Part shown: positions 9,365 to 19,688 of the stretch, piece after piece
How the letters are laid out: each line of letters opens with the position of its first letter
Position numbering within the stretch: position 1 is the stretch's first letter
NCBI GenBank assembly: GCA_002450905.1
Contig: DKAT01000083.1
Location: 2,061 to 66,060, forward strand
Direction of reading: 5' to 3'
DNA from: Spirochaetia bacterium UBA6919
GTDB taxonomy: Bacteria > Spirochaetota > UBA6919
Length of the DNA: 64,000 nucleotides
The notes under the pieces: model-generated
What the model was told of the DNA's origin: nothing
The model's database searches: none
The model's input: the letters and a program-made list of their open reading frames with translations, nothing else
Program-made: the position numbers and the translations under genes

Positions 9365-11188
9365 CTACTCCTGGAGTTTCGATTTTAAATTGAGGTATTC
9401 TTCACTGATTGAGATTAATTTTTGTTTCTCATTTTGTCGTCTTGTCATAGAGGGATTGTGAAATATATTACTAAAATTTACTGTGAATATGGCTATTTTC
9501 TGCATGACTTTCAAAACTGTTTGCCCTGTGAGATATTGATCTTGGTCAATCAATTTCATAGCATGGGGAAGGAAACGGGGCTCGTTTATCAGATCAGAGA
9601 CTGATTCTGTCTGAGTAGAAGAAAGTTTTAATTTTTCTTTCTCATTTAAGCATTGAGCCTCATAATTACGATAGAGTACATTCGTTATTTTCTCACTCAT
9701 AGAATAAAAAATATCAACTACCCCCCTAATTTTGGAGCATATTTTCTCTTCCTTCTCAGATTCAACTTTATTTTTTAAAATATAATTTTGGTAAGTATTA
9801 AAGGATAGAGTAAAGTAGGACGTCGATTTCTGTAATAACTCCAAATCGCTTTGAAGTGTTTTTAACATCAGAATATCTTTCGAGAATATCCACTCCTTAA
9901 ATATCTCTTCTTGAACAACACCACTTCCATCTGCATTCTTCAAATGTACTTCTCCACATAAGAAGGATGTATAAACGTTTAAAAATCCTTTTAAATATCT
10001 AATCAATCCTGGAGTCATGTTTTCCTGGATATCCATTAATATTTTATTAATATCGATTTGACCTGATTTAATTAGATCAGAAAAGGAATTTGATTCTACT
10101 AACTGCTCGAAATAAACTAATTTCCCAAATAACTGTAATACCGGATTATCAAGATCACTATTAAAATTAAAATCCTCGTCCAGGAAGCGAAGATAATAGA
10201 GTTTATCCTCTGCATCCAAATGTTTTCCTTTTAATGTTTCTAATTGGTCGTCAATTACCTTTCTAATTTTAGGACTGAAATTATATTTTGATTCATCGAT
10301 ATCCTGAATATTATATTGATACAATAATTCTGGTTGTTTGATAAAATGCTTATACTGAATCATATAGATGGATGTCAGAATATTATAATAGCACATACCC
10401 CGGGAATCGGTATCAAGAAAGTGATTTAATGTATCGATTATATCTCTGAACATAGGTTTGAAAGTACTTGAAAAATAGAGAATTTCATAAAATGATTCCT
10501 TTAAAACGTCTTTATAGATCTTTTTCTGGATACAGATTAAATAAGATGAGATAAAAAACTCTAACTGCCTGATCATATATTTATTATCATTCCGATTGAA
10601 TATATTTCCAGCTTGACTAAATCCCTTAAGAAAGTTCAAAAATTGTACCACCAAATTATAAGCACGACGGTCAAGGAGTTTCCAGCCATTGTCCACCATA
10701 TGATTAGTAGCTTTTAACAATACAGAATTGACATTCCCCAAAAGAAGCTTATAATGGTGTTCACTTTCTCCAGTAAGTCTTAATGATAGAAAACGAGATG
10801 CTAAAATACGTGTTCTTGATCCAAATTGAATAATGGCTTTGCGAGTATAAAATAAGAAACTTAGAAAAGGCGTTTTATGGATATCCCTTCTTGATTCTTT
10901 TTTCTGGACAATCTTATCCTTAATCCCCTTAACTTCTTCATCTATCAGATGGATTTCCTTGCGGTGAGAAAACTGATTATCCCTATCCAATTCCTCAATA
11001 AAAGCGATTCTTTGTAAAATATTAGGTTGCTGTTTAATATATTCTTCAATCTGTCGTGCTAATTTTGCAGGGCGCTCTTTATTTAATAATTCCACAAAAT
11101 TAAAATATGCATTCAAGTCATTTTTTATTCGTGAAGATAACTCTTCTTTTTGAGAATTACTTATATAATTTGATTTATAATCAGACAT
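9365..11188 (-). CDS. Large hypothetical cytoplasmic protein, paralog A of a tandem pair (no recognisable domain)
   Basis: 607 aa, roughly 30% identical by eye to the 7506..9302 product across its full length. Confidence 0.5.
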   Translation of the reverse strand: MSDYKSNYISNSQKEELSSRIKNDLNAYFNFVELLNKERPAKLARQIEEYIKQQPNILQRIAFIEELDRDNQFSHRKEIHLIDEEVKGIKDKIVQKKESRRDIHKTPFLSFLFYTRKAIIQFGSRTRILASRFLSLRLTGESEHHYKLLLGNVNSVLLKATNHMVDNGWKLLDRRAYNLVVQFLNFLKGFSQAGNIFNRNDNKYMIRQLEFFISSYLICIQKKIYKDVLKESFYEILYFSSTFKPMFRDIIDTLNHFLDTDSRGMCYYNILTSIYMIQYKHFIKQPELLYQYNIQDIDESKYNFSPKIRKVIDDQLETLKGKHLDAEDKLYYLRFLDEDFNFNSDLDNPVLQLFGKLVYFEQLVESNSFSDLIKSGQIDINKILMDIQENMTPGLIRYLKGFLNVYTSFLCGEVHLKNADGSGVVQEEIFKEWIFSKDILMLKTLQSDLELLQKSTSYFTLSFNTYQNYILKNKVESEKEEKICSKIRGVVDIFYSMSEKITNVLYRNYEAQCLNEKEKLKLSSTQTESVSDLINEPRFLPHAMKLIDQDQYLTGQTVLKVMQKIAIFTVNFSNIFHNPSMTRRQNEKQKLISISEEYLNLKSKLQE

Positions 11189-11430
11189 GAATGTATCCTA
11201 TATAAAAATATTAACTTAAGATAATATAAACATGAAACCTAAATAAATTTAATAACACCAGATGAGTATTATAATGATATTATAAATTTCCATAAAATGG
11301 TACTAAAATATTTTGGTTTTCTAATAAATTACCGATATAGTGAAAGATTATCAAATTTATCTGGAAATACTTTTATCTATTTTAATAATAAAGAAATGAT
11401 CATTATAATCCTGTCAAAATCGGAGGGGAT

Positions 11431-13446
11431 ATGAGAAAAAAAATCATATTAGCCATCGCTATTCTAGTAATTATCACTACTGTTGTTATGGGTGAACTGG
11501 AACAACAGCAAAGAAATGTCTCTGAAGGATTTTTCAAAGAAGGGGTATATCACTTCAACCAACAGGAGTACACTGCTGCAAGTAATGCTTTCTTAAATGC
11601 TCTGTCCACCGATCCAAATTATTTTAAGGCCCGTTACTGGCTGGGTAGAGCCTATTATCACAATGGCCACTATCAAAATGCCATTGAAGAGTGGCAAAGA
11701 GTTATTTCTGCCGTAGGACAAGATCACCTCTTGAAAAATAAAGTTAATCGATTGCAATATCAACGGGTTGGGAATCCTATTCTACCTATAGATGAAGTAT
11801 ATCAACCCACAAAATATTTTAAATCACTCCCTCAAAAGGGTATTAAATCACCTGTCTCCATCTATCTTGATGAAAATAAACAATTGTGGGTAGTAGGATA
11901 TCAAAACAATCAGGTAGCTATCTTCAATAAAAATGGCGAACTTGTCGATACAATCACTTCTGCTGACAAACCCTTCAATAGACCTTTTGATATTATAAGA
12001 AACAGCAAGGGCATTACTTATATATCAGATTTTGGTAATGACAAAATACATAAATTCGATAAAAACAGATCCTATCTCTCTTCCCTGGGTCAATCAGGTC
12101 TGAATAAAGGTGAATTCTATGGACCTCAGGGGCTTACTGTCGACAAATTGGACCAACTCTATGTTGTGGATAAGAGTAATCATCGTGTTCAAAAATTTGA
12201 TGAAAATGATAATTTCCTCATACAATTTGGTACAAAAGGACACGAAAATAGTGAATTATTTAATCCAACAGACGTTGTAGTTTTGAATAATAAAATATAT
12301 GTTACTGATACTGGAAATAAAAGAATTCAGGTGTATAATCAAAATGGGAATTGGGTACAGAGTATAGGTGATGATATATTTTCAGAACCAATGGGAATAA
12401 AAGTAGCCTCAAAAAATGAACTTCTTGTTGTAGACAGAAAAAAGGGGATATACCAAGTCATCATCGATCCTCTAGAAATTAAACTTATTTTAAAAAAGGA
12501 TAAAAAGATCATATCACCCATGGATATTGCCTTTGATCAAAATCATTTTTTATATATCATAGACTCACAAAATCCTGATATCCCTATCTATGTTCCTGAA
12601 AAAATGAAATATACAAGCCTCGATGTATCTGTTATACAGTCATATATCTCTAAATACCCAAGAGTCACTCATCGCGTCGCTGTAAAAGATCAAATGGGAC
12701 AATCTATCTACGGTTTAAATAAAAACAATTTCTATATCTTAGAAAATGAACATTTCTATCCAGTTAAAATCTTTACTGAATCAGATTTCAAAAAAAGGTT
12801 ATCCATTTCAATTCTGAATGAAAGATCAGTTGCCATGAAAAATCATTTGGTCCAATTAAATAACGTATCACGAAATCTCCTTAAATCCTTTGCACCCGAA
12901 GACATGATAGAAGTTATCAATTATAATGACGAAGCCTGGGTCTCTCAGCCATTTATAAATAGTGTCTATTCACCACTCAAAGCAATATTTGAAAAAAATC
13001 TAAAAGAACAGGCAAATATCGGTGAAGCATTCTATAAAGGGGTTTCAGATAATCTTACAAAAAATGATTATACCGGCGCTATCATCCTTATCACCTCAGG
13101 AGAATTAGAAGAAAACACATTTAATCCTTATGGATACGAGGTCTGTCTCAATTATGCTAAAAATAATATGATACCCGTTTATGTCATTTCGTTCTCAGAA
13201 GGATCTATGAAAGAAGAACTCAAGGATTTAGCCAAATTAACTGGTGGAAAATATTTCAATGCCTATACTTCTAATGATTTAAAAGATATTGTACAAATGA
13301 TCAGAAAATATCAAAACAGTATTTACTATCTCCAATATAACGCTGAAGTCGCACCCACAAAGTCAAATAAATGGCGTGAGATTAAAGTAAAAGTCGTATA
13401 TCGAGATCTTTTTGGACAAGATAGAGCAGGATATTTTATACAATAA
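11431..13446 (+). CDS. Membrane-anchored or secreted TPR + NHL-repeat beta-propeller + C-terminal vWA-like domain protein
   Basis: N-terminal hydrophobic segment. NHL-like repeats (YVVDKSNHRVQKFD, YVTDTGNKRIQVYN, YISDFGNDKIHKFD). C-terminal AIILITSGE...VYVISF resembles the vWA beta-strand motifs. Confidence 0.55.
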   Translation: MRKKIILAIAILVIITTVVMGELEQQQRNVSEGFFKEGVYHFNQQEYTAASNAFLNALSTDPNYFKARYWLGRAYYHNGHYQNAIEEWQRVISAVGQDHLLKNKVNRLQYQRVGNPILPIDEVYQPTKYFKSLPQKGIKSPVSIYLDENKQLWVVGYQNNQVAIFNKNGELVDTITSADKPFNRPFDIIRNSKGITYISDFGNDKIHKFDKNRSYLSSLGQSGLNKGEFYGPQGLTVDKLDQLYVVDKSNHRVQKFDENDNFLIQFGTKGHENSELFNPTDVVVLNNKIYVTDTGNKRIQVYNQNGNWVQSIGDDIFSEPMGIKVASKNELLVVDRKKGIYQVIIDPLEIKLILKKDKKIISPMDIAFDQNHFLYIIDSQNPDIPIYVPEKMKYTSLDVSVIQSYISKYPRVTHRVAVKDQMGQSIYGLNKNNFYILENEHFYPVKIFTESDFKKRLSISILNERSVAMKNHLVQLNNVSRNLLKSFAPEDMIEVINYNDEAWVSQPFINSVYSPLKAIFEKNLKEQANIGEAFYKGVSDNLTKNDYTGAIILITSGELEENTFNPYGYEVCLNYAKNNMIPVYVISFSEGSMKEELKDLAKLTGGKYFNAYTSNDLKDIVQMIRKYQNSIYYLQYNAEVAPTKSNKWREIKVKVVYRDLFGQDRAGYFIQ

Positions 13447-13489
13447 CCTGGATATTTTTGTTCCATAAATAATTTCAAATAGTTATGAT

Positions 13490-15541
13490 ATGAATAAATT
13501 ACACATACAAATGTGGGAGAATAAAATGAAAAAATATAATTTATACCTATTAATATTTATCCTGGTATCTGTTACAATATCAGGATGGGCACCTTTAAAA
13601 AGTGCTCAGCGTTACTACTCCTTAGCAGAATCTGACTTCCAGAACTCTGAATATCTCAACGCCCTAGATAATTACAGAAAAGCATTAAAAGTAAATTCAT
13701 ATTATAAAGAAGCTCAAATTGGAATGGGGAAAACTTATTTAAAAATAAAAAATTATGATAAAGCCCTGAGCTATTTTAAAATGGCTGAATCACAAGCCCA
13801 AAGTGATGTCAATATCAAGGTCTGGATAGCTAAAACTCAAATTGAAAGAAAGAATTATTCTAGCGCCGAAGCCTATCTTATAAAGGCTCTTAGTATTAAA
13901 CCAAAAGATTATTCTGCTCTGACTACTCTTGGAGATTTATTTTTCTCTAAAAATGATTATACAAAAGCCATAGAATATTACACTGAAGCAACTAAACAAT
14001 CACCTAAAAATCCTCTTGCATATTTAAAACTAGGTAAAACCTATCTGGAACTAAAAAATCCAGAAAAGGCCATCCGATTTCTTGAATCAGCTGAAAATAT
14101 AGATAATACTAACCCTCAAACTAACTTTTATTTAGGAGAGTATTATTATAAAAGGGGAGATCTTGATTCCAGTGAAAAATACTTAAAAAACGTTCTGAAC
14201 ATCACTCCAAAGGATTACAATACACTTGACCTCCTCTATAGAGTCCTTTTTAAAATGGAAAAATGGTCAGAAACCAAAGATAATCTAGAAAAACTTGTCC
14301 AAATGAATCCTAAAGAAAAAAAATACTATTACCATCTTGGATTAGCATACGAAAAGGTCAATGACCCCATCCGGAGCCTCCTTATGTTTAAACACGGAAT
14401 CAGATTGGACTACGGTGACGAAGCCATGCGTTACCAGGCAGAGAGAATATATAAAAATTATTTCTCCCAGAATCCTGATGAGGTAAATAATATTACGCAA
14501 GAGGATCGAAAGTTTGGCGAAGATTTGGCAAGTTATTGGTATGACAGGGGATTATCTTTTCTTAAACAAAATGAAAAGGACAAAGCATTATTTTCTTTCA
14601 AAAGAGGTGCTTACATTAATCCTCAGCACTGGCGCATGAGACTTGCACTTGCAAACATTTATAAATCAAAACGTCTTATCAATAAATATTATAACGAACT
14701 TCAGAAAATAAAAAGTGATTTAAATAAGGACAATACAGAGGTCAATGATGAGTTAAAGTTCGCGGAACTGGCTATGCAACGTATCTTATCTAGAAGACAG
14801 AAAATAGATCAATACCAGGCTCCTCTTTCAAAACCTAAAATTGCACTAGTCTTCTTTGAAAAAAATAATGATTTTAATCATCATTTTAACGTGCAAAAGA
14901 TATATCGTGATGTCCTTTATGAAACATTAAAGCTCAATGATCGTCTCAATATTGTATTAATACGCAATAGAACAAATTTTGATAGTATATATCAGCAATT
15001 AAAAGACATGGATGTAGACTTTCTTATTTCAGGAACCATAAAAGAATCTGATAAAGATATCGATGTTTCACTCACTATCAAAAATATCAATGACGGCGAT
15101 ATTTACAAAGAAGGGGAATCCTATAAACCTCTAAAAATTATTCAAAGGGGAAATGATCGTTATCTAAAAAGTGCCTTATACTTAGCTGATAATATTAATC
15201 AATTGTTTCCTGTTTTCGGCCAAATCATTAAAAAGAATAATAACGAAATATTTATTAATCTTGGAACAAGACAGGGATATAAAAAAGGCGATTCTTTCTT
15301 CGTTATTCGTAATGAAAAGACCTTAAGCAATTTATTCAATGACAGAAATTTATACAAAATAATTAAAAGTAATCGTTACCTCAGTCGAACCCTCCTCTCT
15401 CTTGATGGAAATAATCGTTTTGGATTGGAAGAAATATTAATTACAGAAATCGATGAAAATATCGCTAAGGCTAGAATTGTGACGTCCGATTTTTTCGATG
15501 AAGTAAATATAAATAATTATGTCATCTACAAACCCCGTTAA
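13490..15541 (+). CDS. TPR-repeat protein with N-terminal TM anchor and C-terminal non-TPR domain
   Basis: Many 34-aa repeats with the W-LG-Y/A-Y-P TPR signature (AL..Y..AL..NP, YLKLGKTYLELKNPEKAIRFLE). Its end overlaps aroK by 23 bp. Confidence 0.6.
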   Translation: MNKLHIQMWENKMKKYNLYLLIFILVSVTISGWAPLKSAQRYYSLAESDFQNSEYLNALDNYRKALKVNSYYKEAQIGMGKTYLKIKNYDKALSYFKMAESQAQSDVNIKVWIAKTQIERKNYSSAEAYLIKALSIKPKDYSALTTLGDLFFSKNDYTKAIEYYTEATKQSPKNPLAYLKLGKTYLELKNPEKAIRFLESAENIDNTNPQTNFYLGEYYYKRGDLDSSEKYLKNVLNITPKDYNTLDLLYRVLFKMEKWSETKDNLEKLVQMNPKEKKYYYHLGLAYEKVNDPIRSLLMFKHGIRLDYGDEAMRYQAERIYKNYFSQNPDEVNNITQEDRKFGEDLASYWYDRGLSFLKQNEKDKALFSFKRGAYINPQHWRMRLALANIYKSKRLINKYYNELQKIKSDLNKDNTEVNDELKFAELAMQRILSRRQKIDQYQAPLSKPKIALVFFEKNNDFNHHFNVQKIYRDVLYETLKLNDRLNIVLIRNRTNFDSIYQQLKDMDVDFLISGTIKESDKDIDVSLTIKNINDGDIYKEGESYKPLKIIQRGNDRYLKSALYLADNINQLFPVFGQIIKKNNNEIFINLGTRQGYKKGDSFFVIRNEKTLSNLFNDRNLYKIIKSNRYLSRTLLSLDGNNRFGLEEILITEIDENIAKARIVTSDFFDEVNINNYVIYKPR

Positions 15542-16073
15542 AAGACATATTATATTAATTGGATTTCGGGGAGTTGGTAAGACTTCCGTAGCTAAGGTCT
15601 TAAAAAAGAAATTAAAGCTCCCCCTCTATGACAGCGATAAAGAAATTGTAAAGGAAAGTGGATTATCAATACCAGAAATTTTTACAATCCATGGTGAATC
15701 CTATTTCAGGACACTGGAAGAAAAAGTTATTCAAGATCTGTGTCTAAATATTGATCCTATCATTCTTTCAACAGGTGGTGGGGTAATTTTATCAGAACAA
15801 AACAGATTAATATTAAAAGCAAATGGGATTATCATTCTTCTCACAGCATCTGAAAAAACAATTTTTAATAGAATACAAGGTGACAAAAACAGGCCAGCCT
15901 TAACTAATAAAGAATTTCTTGAAGAAATCCAGGTACTAATAAATTATAGAAATCCATTATATCAATTACTAAAGGATTTTGAGGTTGACACAGACACAAT
16001 AAATCCTGAGATCACTTCAACTAAAATTATAAACTTTCTGGAAAACTTCCGCTTCCACCAAAAAGGAAATTGA
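15519..16073 (+). CDS. aroK: Shikimate kinase
   Basis: ILIGFRGVGKTSVAKVL P-loop, YDSDKEI, 184 aa, typical AroK architecture. Confidence 0.8.
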   Translation: MSSTNPVKRHIILIGFRGVGKTSVAKVLKKKLKLPLYDSDKEIVKESGLSIPEIFTIHGESYFRTLEEKVIQDLCLNIDPIILSTGGGVILSEQNRLILKANGIIILLTASEKTIFNRIQGDKNRPALTNKEFLEEIQVLINYRNPLYQLLKDFEVDTDTINPEITSTKIINFLENFRFHQKGN

Positions 16074-16107
16074 TCATACAAATCATTAATATGGTTGAAC
16101 CGCACCG

Positions 16108-16141
16108 AAGCACAATCGGAACTAAAAATTTTGATTCCGAT
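16108..16141. repeat. Conserved hairpin element copy 1: AAG-C-ACA-ATCGGAA-(13 nt loop)-TTCCGAT
   Basis: Perfect 7-bp inverted repeat ATCGGAA/TTCCGAT with loop CTAAAAATTTTGA, between the convergent genes aroK and 16267..16458. Near-identical copy at 48968..49001. Confidence 0.6.
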
Positions 16142-16266
16142 GTTATTTCTTAATATTCACAGGGAATAAATAGTTTTCAAATTTGTTTATTCAATTGAAT
16201 AGATTGAAATCAATTTTATGGCGAGGTGTTTTTTATAGAAAAATGATATGGCAATTGTTTAAACAA

Positions 16267-16458
16267 TTATTTGTTTTTACGAGGTTTCTTTTTATTTGAT
16301 TTTTCTTTTTCAAGGGTTTTTTCAAAATCATCATCCATTTTCTTCCAGTTGTCGCCGTAATAACCATCACCCTGGGCATCATTCTTATTGTTTTTATTGT
16401 TAGCAAATGTGTAACCCGATATTAAAGAGAAAATAATGAGACAATATATCAATTTCAT
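16267..16458 (-). CDS. Small secreted lysine-rich peptide (hypothetical)
   Basis: Signal peptide MKLIYCLIIFSLISGYTFA followed by a 43-aa K/D/N-rich mature region ending KSNKKKPRKNK. Confidence 0.3.
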   Translation of the reverse strand: MKLIYCLIIFSLISGYTFANNKNNKNDAQGDGYYGDNWKKMDDDFEKTLEKEKSNKKKPRKNK

Positions 16459-16522
16459 AATGGATACCTTATTAAAATATACTATACATAAGATTATTGG
16501 TATAACTTAAATGAAACTTAAA

Positions 16523-17137
16523 TTATTTTTCCAAACTATCTTCATACTCATCATTAGTTTTAACACGATATTTAGAACGCAGGTCAGTTATTGTAAAAAT
16601 AAGCGCTTTTTGCAATTCCTCATAATAAGCCAGTTTTTCTGCATATTTTCTTTTTTCAGGGAGTGACCATTTTTTTCTTTGCTTGTCTTCATTTAATTTA
16701 TCCATAATTTGGCTAATGTGGCTCTCACTGGGTGCTTTAACCTTTTTTTTAATAATTTTTTTCATATAGATATTTTGGATAAATTTTCTTTTAAATACCT
16801 TTGAAAGGATTTTGACTTTTTCTTTTAATTCGGAATCACTATATAATTCCTGATTCTTTGCATCTGTAAGTACAAGATATTCATTAATAAGATTTTTAAG
16901 ATATTTTTTTTTCTCATCCTTATCCCGTTTTGCGTCATTGACTTCCGATTCAGAAACAAAAGGATTATTGAGTGCCTGAAAATCAATTATCGTTTCAAAC
17001 TCTTTTTCAAATCTTTTAATAGATACGACAGTTTTTCCATTAATTTTGATTAGCCAACCACTCATGGCATATACACTAAATGAAAATAAAACTAAATTTA
17101 AAATAGTGATGAGGATAATCCATTTTTTTTGAAACAT
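16523..17137 (-). CDS. Periplasmic SurA/PpiD N-terminal-like chaperone-domain protein (no PPIase domain), tandem paralog 2
   Basis: Signal/TM, then W(L/I)IKINGK.VS..FE..F motif and NEYLVLTDAKNQELY...SKVFKR, shared with 17160..17804. Confidence 0.45.
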   Translation of the reverse strand: MFQKKWIILITILNLVLFSFSVYAMSGWLIKINGKTVVSIKRFEKEFETIIDFQALNNPFVSESEVNDAKRDKDEKKKYLKNLINEYLVLTDAKNQELYSDSELKEKVKILSKVFKRKFIQNIYMKKIIKKKVKAPSESHISQIMDKLNEDKQRKKWSLPEKRKYAEKLAYYEELQKALIFTITDLRSKYRVKTNDEYEDSLEK

Positions 17138-17159
17138 TTTATGAGCCTTTTTTAATAAT

Positions 17160-17804
17160 TTAATCTTTAATAATAATTTTATTTCTGATAATTTCAGATT
17201 CTAATCTTAGTTTATCGGTGTATTCATTGAATTTGTTTTGAGATCGTGTAGCTAATAAATGCTGTTTGATCTGCTCTTTTAGACCTGGTGTTAAGCTATC
17301 TTTAATCCTTCCTTCTTTTTTAAGTGATTTATACTCTTTAATAATTTGCTTATCATGGATATGGATTTTAGGTACGATGAATTTTTTATAGAATTCTTTT
17401 AGAATAAGTTGTCGTTTCATAACTTTAGAAATAAGCTGGACAGTATTATTAATTTCAGATTCATCATATAGTTCTTTTTCACGGGCTTTTTTTATTACAA
17501 GATATTCATTTTCAAAATTAGTTAAATACGATTTCCTTCGTGTATCATCATTAAGAATTCTATTCATTTGACTTTCTGAAATTGGCAATGGTGAATTTAA
17601 GGCGGCAAAGATGAGTACAGCTTTATAATATTCATTAAAATCTTCAAGGGATATTTTTTCACCATTAATTTTAGTGATCCATGTACTTCTTGCATAGAGA
17701 AATGCCAAGAACGTAAGATTTAGTGATAAGAGAATAATCACAATAGTTAATAACTTTCTGTTCATAAAAAATCTCCACGAGTAGATATTTGAGATAAACA
17801 ACAA
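17160..17804 (-). CDS. Periplasmic SurA/PpiD N-terminal-like chaperone-domain protein, tandem paralog 1
   Basis: WITKINGEKISLEDFNEYY...NEYLVIKKAREKELY..SKVMKR, a clear paralog of 16523..17137. Confidence 0.45.
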   Translation of the reverse strand: MLFISNIYSWRFFMNRKLLTIVIILLSLNLTFLAFLYARSTWITKINGEKISLEDFNEYYKAVLIFAALNSPLPISESQMNRILNDDTRRKSYLTNFENEYLVIKKAREKELYDESEINNTVQLISKVMKRQLILKEFYKKFIVPKIHIHDKQIIKEYKSLKKEGRIKDSLTPGLKEQIKQHLLATRSQNKFNEYTDKLRLESEIIRNKIIIKD

Positions 17805-18094
17805 TTATAACACTTTTTTTTATAGATTGAAACTAATTTTTAATATTTTTTTCTTGACTTTACCAAATCAATTCTTAAGTTTATCTTATGTATTTTATGA
17901 AATAAATTGTAATGAGATTAAAATATCATGTTTTTTTTACAAAAATTTCTATGAGTCATATTAAAAAAAAGTTTATAATTGATGTTAGTTGATAATGATT
18001 TGATTTATTTCAATCCGATATTAATTGACTGATGAATATACTATATTTTTAGATTTTATTATAAGAATATTTTGAGCTAAATTAAGGATAATCT

Positions 18095-19681
18095 ATGAAA
18101 AAGATAGTTTTGATACATCCCAAATCTCCTGAAACATTCTGGCAATTAACTGGATTATTAGATATTATAAAAAAGAAAGCAGTGATTCCACCCCTTGGAC
18201 TAGCTACCGTTGCGGCGTTAACCCCATCGGAATATGAAGTTCAGATAGTTGACGAGGAGATTGAATCGATCGATTTTGATATGTCTTGTGATATTGTGGG
18301 TATAACAGGATATACTCTCCATGCCAGGAGGATGTATGAGATATCTCAGGAATTTAGAAAGCGAGGAAAGTTAACAGTGGGAGGAGGACCGTTTTGCACT
18401 GTCCACAGAGATGAATGTAAGGATTATTTTGACGTATTGATTTGTGGTGAAGCGGAGTTTATTTGGCCAAAGTTCTTAAAGGATTATGAGAAAGGAAATC
18501 ATACGGACGTATATATTGAACATGATAAAATTGATATGACTACATCCCCGATACCGAAATGGGAAATAGTCAATACGGATGCTTATTCAGGATTTATGGT
18601 ACAGACATCGAGGGGATGCCCCTATGATTGCGAGTTTTGTGATGTTGTTTCCCTATTTGGAAGAAAAATGAGGTATAAGGATTATGATCAGATTATTACA
18701 GAAATAAAGAAATTAGTGAATCTTGGGAAAGCAGAAATATTTTTAGCGGATGATAATTTTATAGGGAATAAACGGTTTGTAAAAGAATTATTAACAAGGC
18801 TCATAGAGTTTAATAAGACATTAAGCAGGCCCATTCGGTATATGACCCAGGTAACGCTCAATGTAGCTGAAGATGAAAGTCTTTTGGATCTGTTTCAGGA
18901 GGCGAATTTCTTTTCATTTTTTATTGGGATTGAAACTCCAAAAGAAGAAAGTCTTATTCATACAAATAAAGAGCATAATATCCGTTTTGATATGGTAGAA
19001 GCAGTCAGGAGAATCCAATCCAGGGGAATATTTATAATCAGCGGAATGATCGTTGGATTTGATACAGATGACTTAGATATTTTCAGGTTACAGAGCCAAT
19101 TTCTAATGGATGCAGGATTGACCATTCCAATGTTAGGAATGCTTATCGCACCAAAGGGGACTAAGTTATGGGATAGAATGGAGAAAGAAGGCCGTTTATA
19201 TCCGAATCTTGAAATTGGAGATATGTTTGATTTAACAAATATTGAACCAAAATTAATGTCTAAAAAAGATTTAGAAATTAATTATCTTAAGTTGTTAAAT
19301 GAAGTCTTTGATATTAGTCATTTTAAAAAACGTTTTGAGAAATTGATAGACCAGGTGGATCTAAGCAAGGTAAAGAAAAATTCAGCATTATCCCGTCAGA
19401 TGAACCCTTTGAATTCAAGACCATATTTTCTTGGAGTGACTTATAGGGTATTAAAATATTTTATTTTTCAAGGAAGTCAGGAAGAAAAAGATCTATTTAA
19501 ATTTGCTTTAAAAAAAGTATTTAAAAAAGGGATGATTTGCTTTCCGTGGCTGATAGAAATTCTACTTTATTTTAAGGCCGTAAATAGTTTTGTTGAAAGT
19601 CATCAATTTAATGATGTAATGCTATTATCACAAGAAAAGAAGGCCAAAACTACCCCAGCAGAGCTTTATCAAATAAAATAA
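18095..19681 (+). CDS. B12-binding-domain radical SAM protein (class B radical SAM)
   Basis: N-terminal Rossmann-like B12-binding region (IVLIHPKSP...PPLGLATVAA). Radical SAM cluster motif SRGCPYDCEFCDV (CxxxCxxC). 528 aa. Confidence 0.8.
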   Translation: MKKIVLIHPKSPETFWQLTGLLDIIKKKAVIPPLGLATVAALTPSEYEVQIVDEEIESIDFDMSCDIVGITGYTLHARRMYEISQEFRKRGKLTVGGGPFCTVHRDECKDYFDVLICGEAEFIWPKFLKDYEKGNHTDVYIEHDKIDMTTSPIPKWEIVNTDAYSGFMVQTSRGCPYDCEFCDVVSLFGRKMRYKDYDQIITEIKKLVNLGKAEIFLADDNFIGNKRFVKELLTRLIEFNKTLSRPIRYMTQVTLNVAEDESLLDLFQEANFFSFFIGIETPKEESLIHTNKEHNIRFDMVEAVRRIQSRGIFIISGMIVGFDTDDLDIFRLQSQFLMDAGLTIPMLGMLIAPKGTKLWDRMEKEGRLYPNLEIGDMFDLTNIEPKLMSKKDLEINYLKLLNEVFDISHFKKRFEKLIDQVDLSKVKKNSALSRQMNPLNSRPYFLGVTYRVLKYFIFQGSQEEKDLFKFALKKVFKKGMICFPWLIEILLYFKAVNSFVESHQFNDVMLLSQEKKAKTTPAELYQIK

Positions 19682-19688
19682 AAGTATA

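Noticed and set aside
9422-12521. ORFs 9422..9604 (+) and 12339..12521 (-)
   Set aside because: Embedded antisense within the 607-aa paralog and the NHL protein. No support.
17805-18094. B12 (cobalamin) riboswitch upstream of the B12-binding radical SAM gene
   Set aside because: The region is almost pure A/T and has no GC-rich B12-box-like core (e.g. GCCACTG). Not supported.
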